In this document: positions 1-13,631 of the stretch, piece after piece
How the letters are laid out: each line of letters begins with the position of its first letter
Numbering within the stretch: position 1 is the first letter of the stretch
Origin: Eledone cirrhosa
Taxonomy: Eukaryota
Direction: 5' to 3'
DNA: 64,000 nucleotides
NCBI GenBank assembly: GCA_964016885.1
Contig: OZ024742.1
Coordinates: forward strand, 219,852,001-219,916,000
Position numbers and translations under genes: made by a program
Notes under the pieces: generated by a model
Database searches by the model: none
What the model was told of the DNA's origin: nothing
What the model saw: only the letters and a program-made list of their open reading frames with translations

Positions 1-67
1 GAACAGTTTTTGATAGCGCTAGTTTGTGATTTAAATTCAGGAATTTTATATTCTTTGAATGAAAAGA

Positions 68-151
68 ACCTTCTGACGAGAATCTCTCTTTGCAACGAAG
101 GCCGTATGGTCTCCGTTTTATTTTTGGGATTCGAAACCGATCGGTAAAGGT
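68..151 (+). ncRNA. Type I hammerhead ribozyme (Penelope pLTR-type)
   Basis: ACCTT-CTGACGA-GAATCTC...GGGATTC-GAA-ACCGATCGGT-A-AAGGT. Stem I ACCTT/AAGGT, intact core, 7-bp stem II, loopless palindromic stem III, GUA cleavage after 146. Confidence 0.9.
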
Positions 152-218
152 AACTATAGTAGGTAAAGTCAATTTTTTAAAATTTATTTTGAAACTTTTT
201 CATTATTTACTAAACCTT

Positions 219-296
<78 letters not shown>

Positions 297-578
297 CAAG
301 GCCATATATATATATTTTTTTTTTTATGTGTCCGTTTCTTTCTTTAGTGTTATGCGATAGTATTTTGTTCTGTATGTAAGTCAATTTTGAGTGGATACTT
401 GAAGGCGTAGTGTTTTGCCATGTATGTAGGTGAGCCTGCTTTCTTTTGAGTTTCAGATCAATGTTTCTTCCAATTTTCTTCTAAGCCATTATTATCTTGC
501 CTGGTGATTAACACAAGTGGCAACTAAATTAAGAATTATATAAAGACCTATTCATATATACATATATATATATATAAA

Positions 579-629
<51 letters not shown>

Positions 630-760
630 TCATCATATATGTGTATATATATATATATATATGTACACACATATTTTATATATATATATACACACATTTA
701 AATAAGTATTATACATATATATATTTTATTTCATACAACCATGGAATCTCTTTCTCTCTC

Positions 761-815
<55 letters not shown>

Positions 816-1375
816 ACCACTTCATAAATCAAGATTCAGATAAAAAATTAAGTGAATGGATAATTACAAAGATATCTAAAGGGAAGCAGAAGTATCAATC
901 AAAACATACATCAAATACTGGTTGGATGAAGCTCTAGAAACAAAGGATATAGTTGGAAGAAAAAATATCAATAATATTAGATAAATTTGGGTATAATCAG
1001 AGAGAGGAGAAAATGAAGAGGAGATTGAAGGCACAGAAGAGAAAAAAATAAATGTATATGAGAAAGAAGTGGAATAAAATTGGAGTAATAGATAGAGTAA
1101 AACAAAATATAAATACTATATGAAAAAATTTGTGAATTTGAGAAAAAAAAGTAATATTAAGGAAAGTAATAGATGAAGAAAACTGAAAATTATATGGGTG
1201 TAGTTGCTTGACCAAAAGAAAAGTTATATAGTGTGAATATAGAAACTGATAACAGCCTCATGTACAAAATATATATTTGATTTGTTGATATGGCTCAGAC
1301 CTGTGTAGCTTTATCTGGCTGCCCGTGAGAGAGCATCTCATAAGAGGTTTCGTGTATGTTTTAATGGAAGGTATT

Positions 1376-1565
1376 CATGGCTGGTTTAACTCATTTTGAG
1401 GCCCTAAGCACTTAAAAGATTATAGTGCCTCCAATTTATAAAGTTTGCAAAAACCTTCTTTTTCTTTATAATGACAAGTATATTTAATTTCAATAAAATA
1501 TTGTCCCTCTTTTCTTGATGCCACAAACATGTGTTTATTTTGCTTTAATGGTTAATCCAGACCTG
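1376..1565. mobile_element. hAT-like MITE relic
   Basis: Imperfect TIRs (catggctggtttaactcatt / aatggttaatccagacctg) flanked by a near-identical 8-bp TSD, aaggtatt / aaggcatc. Confidence 0.6.
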
Positions 1566-2709
1566 AAGGCATCCTAGTTCTATCATGTTATTATGCCTGT
1601 GACAGGGGTTGGGATTTGAACTCAGATTGCACAAAGACAGAACAGATACCACAAGGTAACCAGCCTGATGCTCTAACAATTTTCCCAATCAACTCCAAAA
1701 AATGAAATGCAATGTTCAACTCACAGCATAGAGAGTCTGAAGAAACACTGCAAGTCATCTAATCCAATGTTCTAATAATTCTGCCAATTCACCTTTGTGT
1801 AAACTGCCTAGTGCTAACCATTCAATTCTAGGAGTAGATTCTTTTATTATTCAGGAAAATTGAGTCAAATATAGTTATGTACCTTATTGAAAGGATCATC
1901 GCAAAAGCCTTAGTAAGGCTGGAATTATGAGAAACTTGTATGACTTTATCAAATGGAATTGGGTGATATTTGTCTGTTAGCATCAATTATCCCAAGGAAA
2001 ACTTTGGATGGAAGCAGCTACTAGATGGCTCAATTTTTCTTTTGCCCCTGTATCTAATTCTTACAATTGGTTTTCACATCAGAGGCACTTTGGATTTCGA
2101 CTAGAGTTTTCTCTGGCTTTGTTCCTGGGTTGTTTCAATTCTCTACTGATTTTTTGTCTTCTCTTTTTCCATGGCAATGACATAGTAGTTTCAAGTCGAA
2201 CAAATGAAAACGAAAAGTCAGTCATTTTGTTAGTTGTTTTTGTATCCTAAGTAAAATCTTTGGTTTTATTCATACAAATATGATATTGGACTGAATGAAT
2301 TAATCTCAACATATTTCAAAAATAGATAATAAAACATGCTGAAACATAAATATCTGTTAATGTTTTAGATTAAATATTTTGTTGTTGGGTGAATAGAGTG
2401 TTTCCATTTTGATTCAATAACGATAGAAATAATGAAATATATTCATATTTTTCTCATTTATTTTTACTTACATTCTGCAGTAATTTAGCTGTGGATTTAT
2501 TTGATTTGGCTCAGTTATTAATTCTCATTCTCTTCTATTTTCTATTCTATTTTAGTTTGATAGATTCTAAAATTCATTTATCCATTTCTGTTGGCTCTAA
2601 AGCTGTAATGGAGCAGAAATTCCATGTAAACCTTGGTATTGTAACCAAGTAAAGGATAACTTTCATTGAACCATTCCATTCCCTTGCTCCCCCCCCCCCA
2701 CCTTCTCTG

Positions 2710-2789
2710 TATATATATACATACATGTATATATATATGTATATACATGCATATCCATACACATGCATACATGTATATACATACACATG

Positions 2790-2841
<52 letters not shown>

Positions 2842-2846
2842 CATGC

Positions 2847-2886
<40 letters not shown>

Positions 2887-2954
2887 GCATGTATATATAT
2901 ATACATACATACATACATGTATATATACATACATACATGTATATATATACATGC

Positions 2955-2994
<40 letters not shown>

Positions 2995-3125
2995 GCATGC
3001 ATATATATATATACATACATGTATATATACATACATACATGTATATATATATATACATGCATGTATATATACATGCATGTATATATATATATATATATAC
3101 ATACATACATGTATATATACATACA
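2710..3125. repeat. Compound (TA)n/(TACA)n/(CATG) microsatellite; one of many such tracts (e.g. 222-293, 46678-46930, 56485-56714, 59119-59728, 61465-61657)
   Basis: Visible directly; explains the YIYI/HTHT ORFs in the track. Confidence 0.95.
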
Positions 3126-3129
3126 TGAT

Positions 3130-3472
3130 GGAGGCACATGGCTTAGTGGTTAGAGCATTGGCCTTGCAATCAAAAGGTTGTGAGTTCAATTGTCAGACCA
3201 GGTGATGTGTTGTTTCCTTGAGCAAGACACTTTATTTCACATTGCTCCAGTTTACTCAGCTGTAGAAATGAGATGATAGAGACTGGGGTCCATATCATTC
3301 CACTGCAAAGTGGTCGTTGAGGTGCCACGGCAAAAAAAGCACCCAGCACTCACTGTAAATGAGGTTGGTGTTAGGAAGGGCATCCAACTGTAGAAATCAA
3401 GCCAAAATCAGTTCCCGTCCCACCCTTGCAAGCAGGTAAAAAGCGGACGTAAAATGAAATGAAATGAATGAT
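3130..3472 (+). mobile_element. tRNA-derived SINE (family B) with RTE-derived 3' part
   Basis: A box tggcttagtgg, B box gagttcaatt, central tccttgagcaagacact, then ggtgttaggaagggcatcc and the RTE-type end gcggacgtaaaatga. Several other copies in the window. Confidence 0.85.
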
Positions 3473-3654
3473 GGTTGCCCCCTCGTTATCGAGTATGGCC
3501 ATTGCACGAGAAAAAAAAAAACATAATAATAACAATAATAATAATAACAACAATAATAATAACGAGAACAACAACAATAATAATATACATATATATATAT
3601 ATACACACACGCGCAGACACATAAACATATCTACACACACTCACACACACGATA

Positions 3655-4480
3655 GCAATTAACAGCACAGCAATCGAATGTGGCTTTTTAGCCCAGCCAA
3701 TGATCTAAAATGTCTTGCACAGAGTCGGCAACCAAAACATTCACTGGGAATAGCCGGCTGTGGTTGGAGTTCATGTACTTTTGCATGTCGTTTGAGCCCT
3801 CCTGCTGATTTACATTCTCTACCACATACTTGGCAAGCATGATGAGTAGCATCTCCAACAGCAGCCTGGTAGTCAACCACTGGTCTTAATTTATGACTGC
3901 GAAGATGACTTTCAAGTCCAGCTTTGCTTAGGCAGAGTCTCGCACAGACGCTGCATGTCAGCACCATAGAAGGACCTTCGCCATCTGGAAATGCAACAGC
4001 AATGCCCTTCCTCACATCCCGCTTTTCTTTCTCGTATTTGATTCGAGATGCCTCAAAGGCAACTTTTCCCTCATATACAGTCTTTCTCCATTTATTACGA
4101 TCAGCAGCAATATTTTCCTATGTATCAGCAGAGATGTTAGCGTCTTTCAAAGAGGTTTTCAAGGAATCCTTTTTTGGTTTATGTGGCGGTCGTTTTCCTT
4201 TAACTAACTCTCCATAAAAGAGTTGTTTTGGTATTCTAGAATCCTTCATCCTGGCAAGGTGACCACTCCAACGGAGTCATTGCTTAAGCACAAGAGCTGT
4301 CACACAGAGAGCTTTCCAAAATCTCGACATCACTGATGTGGTCCCCCCAGAGAACGCCATGGATCCGTCTGAGACACATCTGATGAAAACGTTCCAATTG
4401 CTTAAGGTGGTGTTGATATGTGACCCAGGTCTCGCAGGCATAAAGAAGAGAAGAGAGCACACAGGCTTTGTACACCTTAA
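3655..4480 (-). mobile_element. RTE/BovB-type LINE 3' fragment with three C-terminal C2H2 zinc fingers
   Basis: VYKACVLSSLLYACETW...RWSGHLARM, then CSVC..H..H, CQVC..H..H and CRLC..H. Frameshifted and cut by (TA)n. Confidence 0.85.
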
Positions 4481-4539
4481 TCTTTATATATATATACATG
4501 TATATATACATATATGTATATATATATACATGTAAATGG

Positions 4540-6466
4540 AATAGAATGAAACGAAATAGTTGCTGAGATGTTGAAGGCATCTGGTATGGTGGGACACACT
4601 ATGGTCACCCGTATAGTTAAACAAGTAATACAGAATGGGCTCATACCGAAAGATTGGCGTAGCAACATCATCATTAACTGCTACAAGGGTAAATGGGATG
4701 CTCTAGATAGGGGAAACTATAGAGGCATTAAGTTAGTTGACCAGGTCATGAAGGTCACAGAAAGAGTTATAGCGAAACTAATCAGAGGGCGAATTGATCT
4801 AGATGAAATGCAGTTTGGGTTTGTGTCAGGTAAAAGTACCACAGACGCTCTTTTCCTTGTATGACAACTACAAGAGAAGTACCTAGCTAATAGTAAACCC
4901 CTCTACTTAGCTTTTGTAGACCTTGAGAAAGCTTTTGACAGAGTCCCCCGCTCCATTATCTGGTGGGCTCTTAGAAAACTAGGTGTAGATGAATGGCTTG
5001 TGAGAGCTATACAAGCTATGTATAATGAAACAGTCAGTAAGGTTAGAATTAACAATGAATATTGTGAAGAATTTAGTGTAAAAGTTGGCGTTCATCAAGG
5101 CTCTGTCCTTAGCCCCCTCTTATTTATTATTGCCCTTCAGGCTATAACAGAGGAGTTCAAGACCGGCTGCCCATGGGAACTCCTATACGCAGATGATCTA
5201 ACGTTCATAGCTGAATCAATGGCTGAACTAGAGAAGAACTTCCAAACATGGAAGCATGGCCTAGAATCAAAAGGCCTTAAAGTTAACTTGTCTAAGACTA
5301 AAGTTATAGTTTGTAGAAAGGAAAATAGGGCACAGGTGCCCTCAGGGAAATGGCCATGCTCAGTGTGTAGGAAAGGAGTAGGCAGAAATTCCATTTTATG
5401 TCCCAAATGCAAAGTATGGGTACATAAAAGATGTAGTGGGATCACAGGTAAACTATCTAAGAACGTAGACTTTATATGTGGCCAATGCTCAGGTGCAATA
5501 AGTAGCAAGTATCCAAAGGATACTAGCTCCTTCTATTGCACAGATGGTTCTATAGAAATAGTAAACACTTTCTGGTACCTGGGCGACGAAATCAGCAGTG
5601 GTGGAGGGTGCTCTGAAAGTACAGTAGCCAGTGTCAGAGAGCTTATACTGCTGTTGGCCACAAACGGTTTCTCTCTAAAAATGAAAGGTAGATTATATGA
5701 TGCCTGTATACAAACAAGAATGCTACATGGCAGTGAGACATGGGCATTACGTGCAGAGGACCTGTGTATACTGGAAAGGAACGAAGCATGCATGCTCCGT
5801 TGGATGTGTAATAGTAATATACGTGAACGGCAAAGCATAAATGAACTAAGTGAGAAATTAGGAATAAGAGGGATCAGATGCTGTTTACTTGAGAGAAGAC
5901 TATGTTGGTATGGCCACGTGATGCGCATGAAAGGCGGCAGCTGCATAAAAAAGTGCAGGGCGATCAAAATTGATGGTAGTTACAGAGTAGGTAGACCCAG
6001 AAAAACCTGGGATGATCTGATAAATTCCGACCTTACACACTTGCACCTCTCTAAGACAATGTCTCTGGACCGAGATCTTTGGCGCTACGCAGTAATACAG
6101 AAGACCCGCCTTGCCTATGTACAAAGTGAAACGTACAGTCAGTAGGCACCTCTTAACCAAATATACACCCCAATCCACTACCCCTACCCTATCTTCCCAC
6201 TCCCACCAACAGCACGAGAACATGAGATCGAGATCGTGTAGGTGTCACAACAAAAAAAACACACACAGTCCATGCTGTAATGTGGCCGTGTAGGTTTCCA
6301 GTTCCACACTGTAAATGTGGCTGGTGTTAGGAAGGGCATCCAGCCTTAGAAAACCTGCCAGATAGTCCTATATGAGCGAGACACGGTCAGCCGACCAGCC
6401 TTGTCTCAAGTGGGACAACTCCCGTCTAGCGTGGAAAATGGACGTTAAACGAAGATGATGATGATG

Positions 6467-6467
<1 letters not shown>
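4540..6467 (+). mobile_element. RTE LINE family 1, 5'-truncated and decayed
   Basis: RT motifs NYRGIKL, QFGF, GVHQGSVLSP, LLYADD; 3' UTR ends in ggacgttaaac(gat)n; contains stops. Confidence 0.92.
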
Positions 6468-6501
<34 letters not shown>

Positions 6502-6590
6502 CATATATATATATATACATACATATACATACATATACATAAATACATATATATATATACATGCATGTATATATATATATATATATATAT

Positions 6591-6782
6591 CAAGTAAGAA
6601 TATTTTCGAAACAGCGAGTTTGTTTGAAATTATTAGAAATGTAAGCTATCGCCATATTTTGACTAAAGAAATTAAAGAAATTATTTAGCCTGATAGTGGG
6701 GTTTCCATTTCTCCGAGGGTTCTTAACCCCACTATCAGGCTAAATAATTTCTTTAATTTCTTTAGTCAAAATACGGCGATAG

Positions 6783-6786
<4 letters not shown>
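6591..6786. repeat. (TA)n-flanked palindromic mini-element
   Basis: 62-bp arms 6642-6703 and 6725-6786 (one mismatch) plus a ~50-nt unpaired tail; non-palindromic relative at 32573-32698. Confidence 0.85.
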
Positions 6787-6837
<51 letters not shown>

Positions 6838-6841
<4 letters not shown>

Positions 6842-9800
6842 TCAACATCATCATCATTTTACGTCTGCTTATCCCTGCTTGCAAGGGTGGGATGGGTCTT
6901 ATTTAGCACAGCATCTCTCCACTTGTCATGGTCCTTCGTCATCTCCACCATGAGCTTCAACGATCTGAGGTCTGTTCTCACCACCTCCGTCCATGTTTTT
7001 CGTGGTCTACCTCTACCACGTCTTCCTTCAATTGGTATTTCCTAGCACTTCTTCACCCATCGGTCATCCTCCATGCGCATCACATGTCCATACCACCTCA
7101 GTCTCCTCGCCCGTACACTACATTCTATCCCTCTCAGACACAGTTTCTCTCTCAAAACATTCATACTGGATCGTTCACGCACATTTACACTGCACATCCA
7201 ACGGAGCCTGCTTGCCTCATTTCTCTCCAGCCATTGCATATCCTCTGCAGTTGCTCCCCATGTCTCACTACCATGCAGCATCGCGCTCCTCACACAGGCA
7301 TCATATAACCGGCCTTTCGTACGCAGGGAGAAACCCTTCTTTGTCAGCAGAGGAAGCAGCTCCATAAACTTCTTCCAACCCGTCCTTATTCTAGATACTA
7401 TGGCCTTGGAACACCCCCCTCCCATGCTAATCTGATCTCCTAGGTAATGGAAGCTATCCACCACTTCTATATCACCCGCCTGCATTTGAAAATTGTGTCT
7501 ATCAATGCAACTTCTACTGTCTAATTTCCCTGTACATCTACTGCATACGTATTTCTCCCTACCTGTTAGTTTGCCTGCTATCCCACTACATCTCTTGTGT
7601 ACCCAGGATCTGCTCTGTGTGCATTTTATAGAATTTATGCCAGTTCCTTTTCTGCATACCGAATATGGCCATTTCCTGACGGAATCAGAGTTTTGTCCTC
7701 TTTTCTACTCATCAACACTTTTGTCTTAGCTAGGTTCACTCTCAATCCTCTTGATACCAACTGCTGTTTCCATAGCCAGAATTTACTCTGTAGCTCTATT
7801 GATTCTGCTATAAGAACCAGATCGTCAGCATAGAGAAGTTCCCATGGACAGCCAGTCTTAAACTCCTCTGTTATGGCTTGGAGGACACTAATGAACAAGA
7901 GCGGGCTGAGGACCGAACCTTGATGTACTCCTACTTGTATCTGGAATTCCTCACTAAACTCCATTCCTACCCTCACTTTACTGACAGTACCTCAGTACAA
8001 AGTTTGCACTGTCCTCACAAGCCATTCCTCAACACCTAGTTTCCTTAGGGACCACCAGATGACAGATCGGGGTACCCTATCAAAGACCTTCTCTAGGTCA
8101 ACAAAGGCTAAGTATAGTGGCTTATTTTTCTCTAAGAACCTTTCTTGTAATTGTCTCACCAAGAAGAGGGCATCTGTTGTACTCTTCCCAGACACAAAAC
8201 CAAACTGCATCTCGTCTAGTTTGATCCTTTCTCTAATTAGTTGTGCTAATATCCTTTCTGCCACTTTATATCCATTAGTTTTATACCCCTATAATTGCTC
8301 CTCTCCAGAGCATCCCCTTTACCTTTGTAGCAATTTATGAGAATACTGCTGCACCAGTCTTTGGGTATGACACCACCATATATAGCCTGATTGATGATGC
8401 GTGCAACCAGTTTAGTGCCTCTGATCTTCCCGTCGCAGAACATTGGCAAACCTCCTACTCTCAGCCTCCCTGCGTGCTAAGAACACCTGACATCTAGCTT
8501 CTCTCTTAGCGGCTGTATATCCTTCTCTACTCCCACCCTTTTTCCAAGCCTTCCATGCTAGTCTTTTGTCTCTAATGGCCTATATATAGCCTGATTGATG
8601 ATGCGTGCAACAAGTTTAGTGCCTACGTCCCCTGATGCCTTCAGCATCTCAGCAACTATTCCCAATGGTCCAGCAGCCTTACCATTTTTCATTTCCTTAA
8701 TCGCCTCTTGGACCCTATATTTGTCAATCTCAATAGCTGGTCCCTCTGTCGGATCTACTAAGGGTAATTTCTCTCTCTCGCATTCGTTCTCCACATTCAT
8801 CAGTCTCTCATAATGACATTTCCAGGCCTCCTTTTTCTGATCATTCGTGACACTAAGTACACCAGCATCATCCCGGACACTTTTATCTCCAACAACATTC
8901 TGATTTGCATTGACACACTGCCTTGCAATGTGGAACACCGCACAACTCTGACCTTCCTGTCGCAGAACATTGGCAAACCTCCCACTCTCAGCCTCCCTAC
9001 GTGCTAAGTACACCTGACGTCTAGCTTCTCTCTTAGCGGCTGCATATTCTTCCCTACTCCCACCCTTTTTCCAAGCCATACATGCTAGTCTTTTGTCTCT
9101 AATGGCCTTATCTACTGTGCTGTTCCACCACCAGGTCACTCTCTGTCTGGTTGGAGCTCTGCTCCAGCCACAAGTTTCATCAGTAGCCTGCAGCAAGTTG
9201 TCACGTAAGAAATTCCAGTTATTATCTATGTCATACGTCTCTAAATCGTCTTCTTTTTCGTCATAAACATCTTGAAGGGCTTTCCTAAATTTGTATTTTA
9301 GTGAAAGGTCTTTTAGCTTCCACACCTTTCTTCTCCACACCTTCCTGTATGTCTCATTCCATCTCTTGCTTACTGAGATATCACTAACGACTAACCTATG
9401 CTGTGGGTACATTCTTCCCCAGGGTATGCCTTGGTATTAGAAACTATCTGCCTGTCCCACTGCCTAACTAGTAAGAAGTCAATCTGGCTTATGTGCTCAC
9501 CAGATTTGTAGGTTATTAGGTGATTGGCAGGTTTCTGGAAGTTAGTATTGCAAATAGTCAGTGTACTTGCATCACAAAATTCAAGAAGTCTCACTCCTTC
9601 TTCATTTCTTGAGCCGTAACCGTACCCACCATGTACCCCAGTGTAACCATCCTGGAGCTGTCCAACATCACCATTGAAGTCCCCTGCTAGCATAACGATG
9701 TCTCCGTCCTCTGTCATTGCGGTTGTTTGTAAAAGTTGCTTGTAAAAGCAGTCTTTCTCTTCTTTGCCTAGGCCTGCTTGGGGAGCATAGGCAGAGATGA

Positions 9801-10315
9801 TTGTCAGTAGTCTCCTGCCTACAACTAATCTAAGCTTAATTATTCGATTACTAACTCGAACTACCTCTATTGTCTTATTGATCCATCTCTCAGCCAGGAA
9901 AATGCTTACTCCCCCTAACCCATCATCCTTACCTACCCAGAAAAGCTTATAGCTAAGATGTTTGCCTACGACTAGTCTCGCAGAGGCACCTCTCCATATC
10001 ACCTCTTGCACGCAGCACACATCCACATGCCTTCTCTCCAGCATCTCCGCTATTTCAGCAGATCTACCTCTGAGAGTGCCAATATTAAGTGTTGCAACTC
10101 TGAGATGCGACGTCTTCATATTTTGTTGTTCCTATATACTTGTTGCTGTGCTAATAATCGTTTTGGCATTGATACACTGGTTGGATGCCCTTCCTAACAC
10201 CAATGCCACTTTACAGCATGAACTGGGTGCTTTTATTTGTGCCACCAGTACTAGAGAGGATGCCTTACTAGACTCAAGGGCCCTCTCTACCCCTCCATTT
10301 TACAGCATGGTCATA
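6838..10315 (-). mobile_element. RTE LINE family 2, near full-length, decayed and internally rearranged
   Basis: APE endonuclease (RVATLNIGTL, VQE, GDFNG, SQID) at 9391-10119, RT (LLYADD), (GAT)n tail; closely similar to 28879-32188. Confidence 0.93.
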
Positions 10316-10344
10316 AAAAAAAAATATATATATATATATACATA

Positions 10345-10625
10345 TGTGTCACTGGAAAGTTGCTGCAGTGGATTAAGTGTTTCCTGTCAAACAGAACCCA
10401 ACATGTTGTAGTCAAAGGAGTACAATCTAGCTCAGCCAAAGTCAGTAGTGGTGTCCAACAAGGCACTGCATTGGGCCCACTTCTTTTCATTATCTATATT
10501 AATGACATTACTGACATCACCAAGCACAGTAGCATAACAATTTTCGTAGATGATTCCAAGCTCCAGAAGGTCAACACTGGCATGGGTGACCGGATATGCC
10601 TCTAAACTAGACATGGCCTGGGCCA
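10345..10625 (+). mobile_element. CR1/L2-type LINE RT fragment
   Basis: WIKCFLSNRTQHV...SGVQQGTALGPLLFIIYIND...FVDD. Confidence 0.8.
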
Positions 10626-10664
10626 ATATCTATCAAGGTTATCAAAGTTATATACACACACACT

Positions 10665-10700
<36 letters not shown>

Positions 10701-10734
10701 GTAGAGTACTGTAGTTAATACTACATTATGAGAT

Positions 10735-12065
10735 ATGTAGTAAAAGACCGGTAATGTTTTTTTTTAAAGCCAGTTCAAAGCAGTAGAAAAATATGAAGGC
10801 CAAATGATGACAAATGAAACAAAACAAAAAGTAATGTTTTACCCAATATATTTTTGCATGATATTGACCTCTCCACACTTGGACAGAGTAGATACCCATT
10901 TAGTTTAGATGTAGTTTTCCTCTACACTTCTGTCCCCACCTCCCAGCCATTGACTTAATTAAGGACAACATCATTGCCTCTACCGACCACAATTGTTTTG
11001 GCTGTCTATCATCATGTGCAACACCTTTTTTTAGTTTGAGGGCACTCTCTACTCCACATTTCACTAAGAGTCACAGAGGAGGGAACCATATACACCAAAT
11101 TTTACAGGAAGGATGCTTGCAGAGACATTTTTGTGCACCATGACTCCACCCTTCCCTACAGAGCCAATATGTCCTATATACAGAATGAGATCTCCCTGAT
11201 ATGCAAAATATGCAGCAAAGGTAGAGACAGACATGCTATCATGGTGGAATTCCAAGGAATTCTCACTGTAAACAGCTATTCTACATTTCTCACCAAACGC
11301 CAAAATGCCAAGGCAGTAACATGTAAAAAAAACAAGAACACACACCCTTAAGGATAAAATATGCTACATAAAGCTGCCACATTTCAATGAGAAGATGACA
11401 GTTGCCATCAGACAAGCTATCTGTAGAGAGGGACTGAATATATGCCTGGCACACTCGGGACCCTCATTGAGGAGACTGCTCCACAGACACCAACCCACAT
11501 ACAGCGATATATGCACACATCATAATTGTCCCGTCAACAACACAGAAGTGTGCATGAGAGCATATTTGGTCTATAAGATCACATGCAAAAAATGTAGTTC
11601 CTCATAAGGAAGCTACAGATATGGATCAAGGAACATGTAACAATGAGAACATCTGTTAAAAAGCATCTTGACAGATTCTCCAGCCAAGACATTGAGGTCA
11701 CCATAGAGGCGATTGAAAGGGATATAGGAAATTTAAGGTTTAAGGAGGCCATTTTCATCAGCTGAATAAAACCAGAGATAAATAATAGGTCAGAAATGTG
11801 CAAGCAGAATGGTTACTGTAGCAACTCTGTGCATGCACATGTATTTTGCAAACACATAGACCAGTTAGGAAAGAAAACTCTGATCACTTGTTTGTTTTGT
11901 CTGTTTCAGCTTGGCATCTTAAAAGAGGGCAACAACCCTGAAATATCATGCAAATAAAAACATTACACTGTTTTGTTTATTTCATTTATCATCATTTGCC
12001 TTTTATATTTTTCTACTGCATTGTACAGACTTAAAAAAAATAATTTATCGACCTTTTAATACATA
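10735..12065 (+). mobile_element. Penelope-like element 3' fragment (GIY-YIG) with inverted pLTR piece at its 5' side
   Basis: LVYKITCKKC...RIKEH...LRFKEAIFI...PEINNRSE; 10735-10841 is the reverse complement of ~11955-12065; decayed hammerhead at ~11914-11951. Confidence 0.8.
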
Positions 12066-12258
12066 AACATTGACGTTAAACGGTGATGATGATGCTGACA
12101 TATATACATAAATACACACACACGCATATATATATATCATCATATAAGCCTCATTTTAAAGGATACTTGCATAGGCTGAATGAAGATCAGTTCTTATTCA
12201 GAATAACTGCTCTCATGTATATATGTGTGTGTATGTGTATATATATATATATATATAT

Positions 12259-12505
12259 TGGAAAATGTGTGTAATCCTTGGTACAGTTAGGTATATTAAG
12301 ACAGGGGGGAAGAAAAAAATGGCTTCACTTGTGCTTTCAACAAATTTATTTTCTTCACAAAATCCAAAAAGAATTTTTTTCCGGATTAGAAAAAATAAAA
12401 AAAAAAAAATTTTTTTCTAATCCGGAAAAAAATTCTTTTTGGATTTTGTGAAGAAAATAAATTTGTTGAAAGCACAAGTGAAGCCATTTTTTTCTTCCCC
12501 CCTGT

Positions 12506-12509
<4 letters not shown>
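12259..12509. repeat. (TA)n-flanked palindromic mini-element
   Basis: ~99-bp apparently perfect arms 12297-12395 and 12411-12509, ~38-nt tail on the left; arms carry a decayed hammerhead-like GTGAAGA...GAAA. Confidence 0.9.
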
Positions 12510-12599
<90 letters not shown>

Positions 12600-13631
12600 T
12601 GTGTGTGTGTGTGTGTGCACGTTATCACATACCTGGTCAGTACTCAAGCGGAGCTACTGACCGCTCAGATGGGCCAGAGTCCTGCATCTCACACACATGC
12701 ATTTCCACACACACTATCAAATGTTTTTTATCATGGTACCAGCACTAGGAGGTTTTCATGTTCTTGACATAGCCAAAGAGTCCTCTTAACACTTTATTTG
12801 GCAAGTTTTCTATTGTTGGTTGCCTTCCTATCATCAACCCCCTAACGGAGTGTACTGGGAGCATTTATTTTGTAAATTACTAACACTGAGGAGGTTGTCA
12901 TACCCTTGGTATTACTAGAGAGTCCTCTTGATCCATCTTGGAATGGTTTCTATGGCAGGTTGCCTTCCTATCAATAACTATCTTACAGAGTATACTTGGT
13001 GTATTTTACATGGCATTAGCATTAGTAAGGTCGTTGATCATTGACTCAACTGAAGAGACTGCTCTACTATACAGGAGAGGGAGGGACACAAAAAAGATGA
13101 GGAGTATGTCATAGATGTAGTGTGGTGCAAGAGTGGGATTTGGCAGGTGGTGAGTAGGATGAGAGAAGATCATTAGTATTGTAAAACAAGGAGTTGTTTC
13201 AGGTGGTTTAGTACTGAAAGGGTTGACACCATCACATGGACTTTAGTGGAGCCCCCTTTGTTGCCAATACTCAGTAAAGAAGGCCTACAGAAAGTCGAGA
13301 TATTTCCCTGCCTTCTTTGTTAATAAAAACAAAACAAATCCTAAATAACAAAAATAAAGTCACTGAACTGTCAGAAAAGTTGCTTTTTATGAAACGAAAT
13401 AACCAAAGAATAGCCCAACAAAATGATCCCACACATACATACAAACATAAAAATACACACATAAACACGTGCATACATACATACATACATAAACACACCC
13501 AAACATACATAAACATGCACACACCCACATACATAAACGCACAGACACACATACATAAATGCACGCAAACATACATACATATGCAAAAATACAAATGCTC
13601 CAAAATACATAACAACAAAACTAATGATAAT

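Noticed and set aside
3130-3200. tRNA gene
   Set aside because: The A/B boxes belong to a multi-copy SINE head; no complete cloverleaf.
2574-3205. Long Y/I/H/C-rich ORFs here and throughout the window
   Set aside because: Translations of TA/CA/TACA microsatellites.
3659-4015. Host C2H2 zinc-finger gene
   Set aside because: The fingers directly continue an RTE RT C-terminus; they are part of the LINE.
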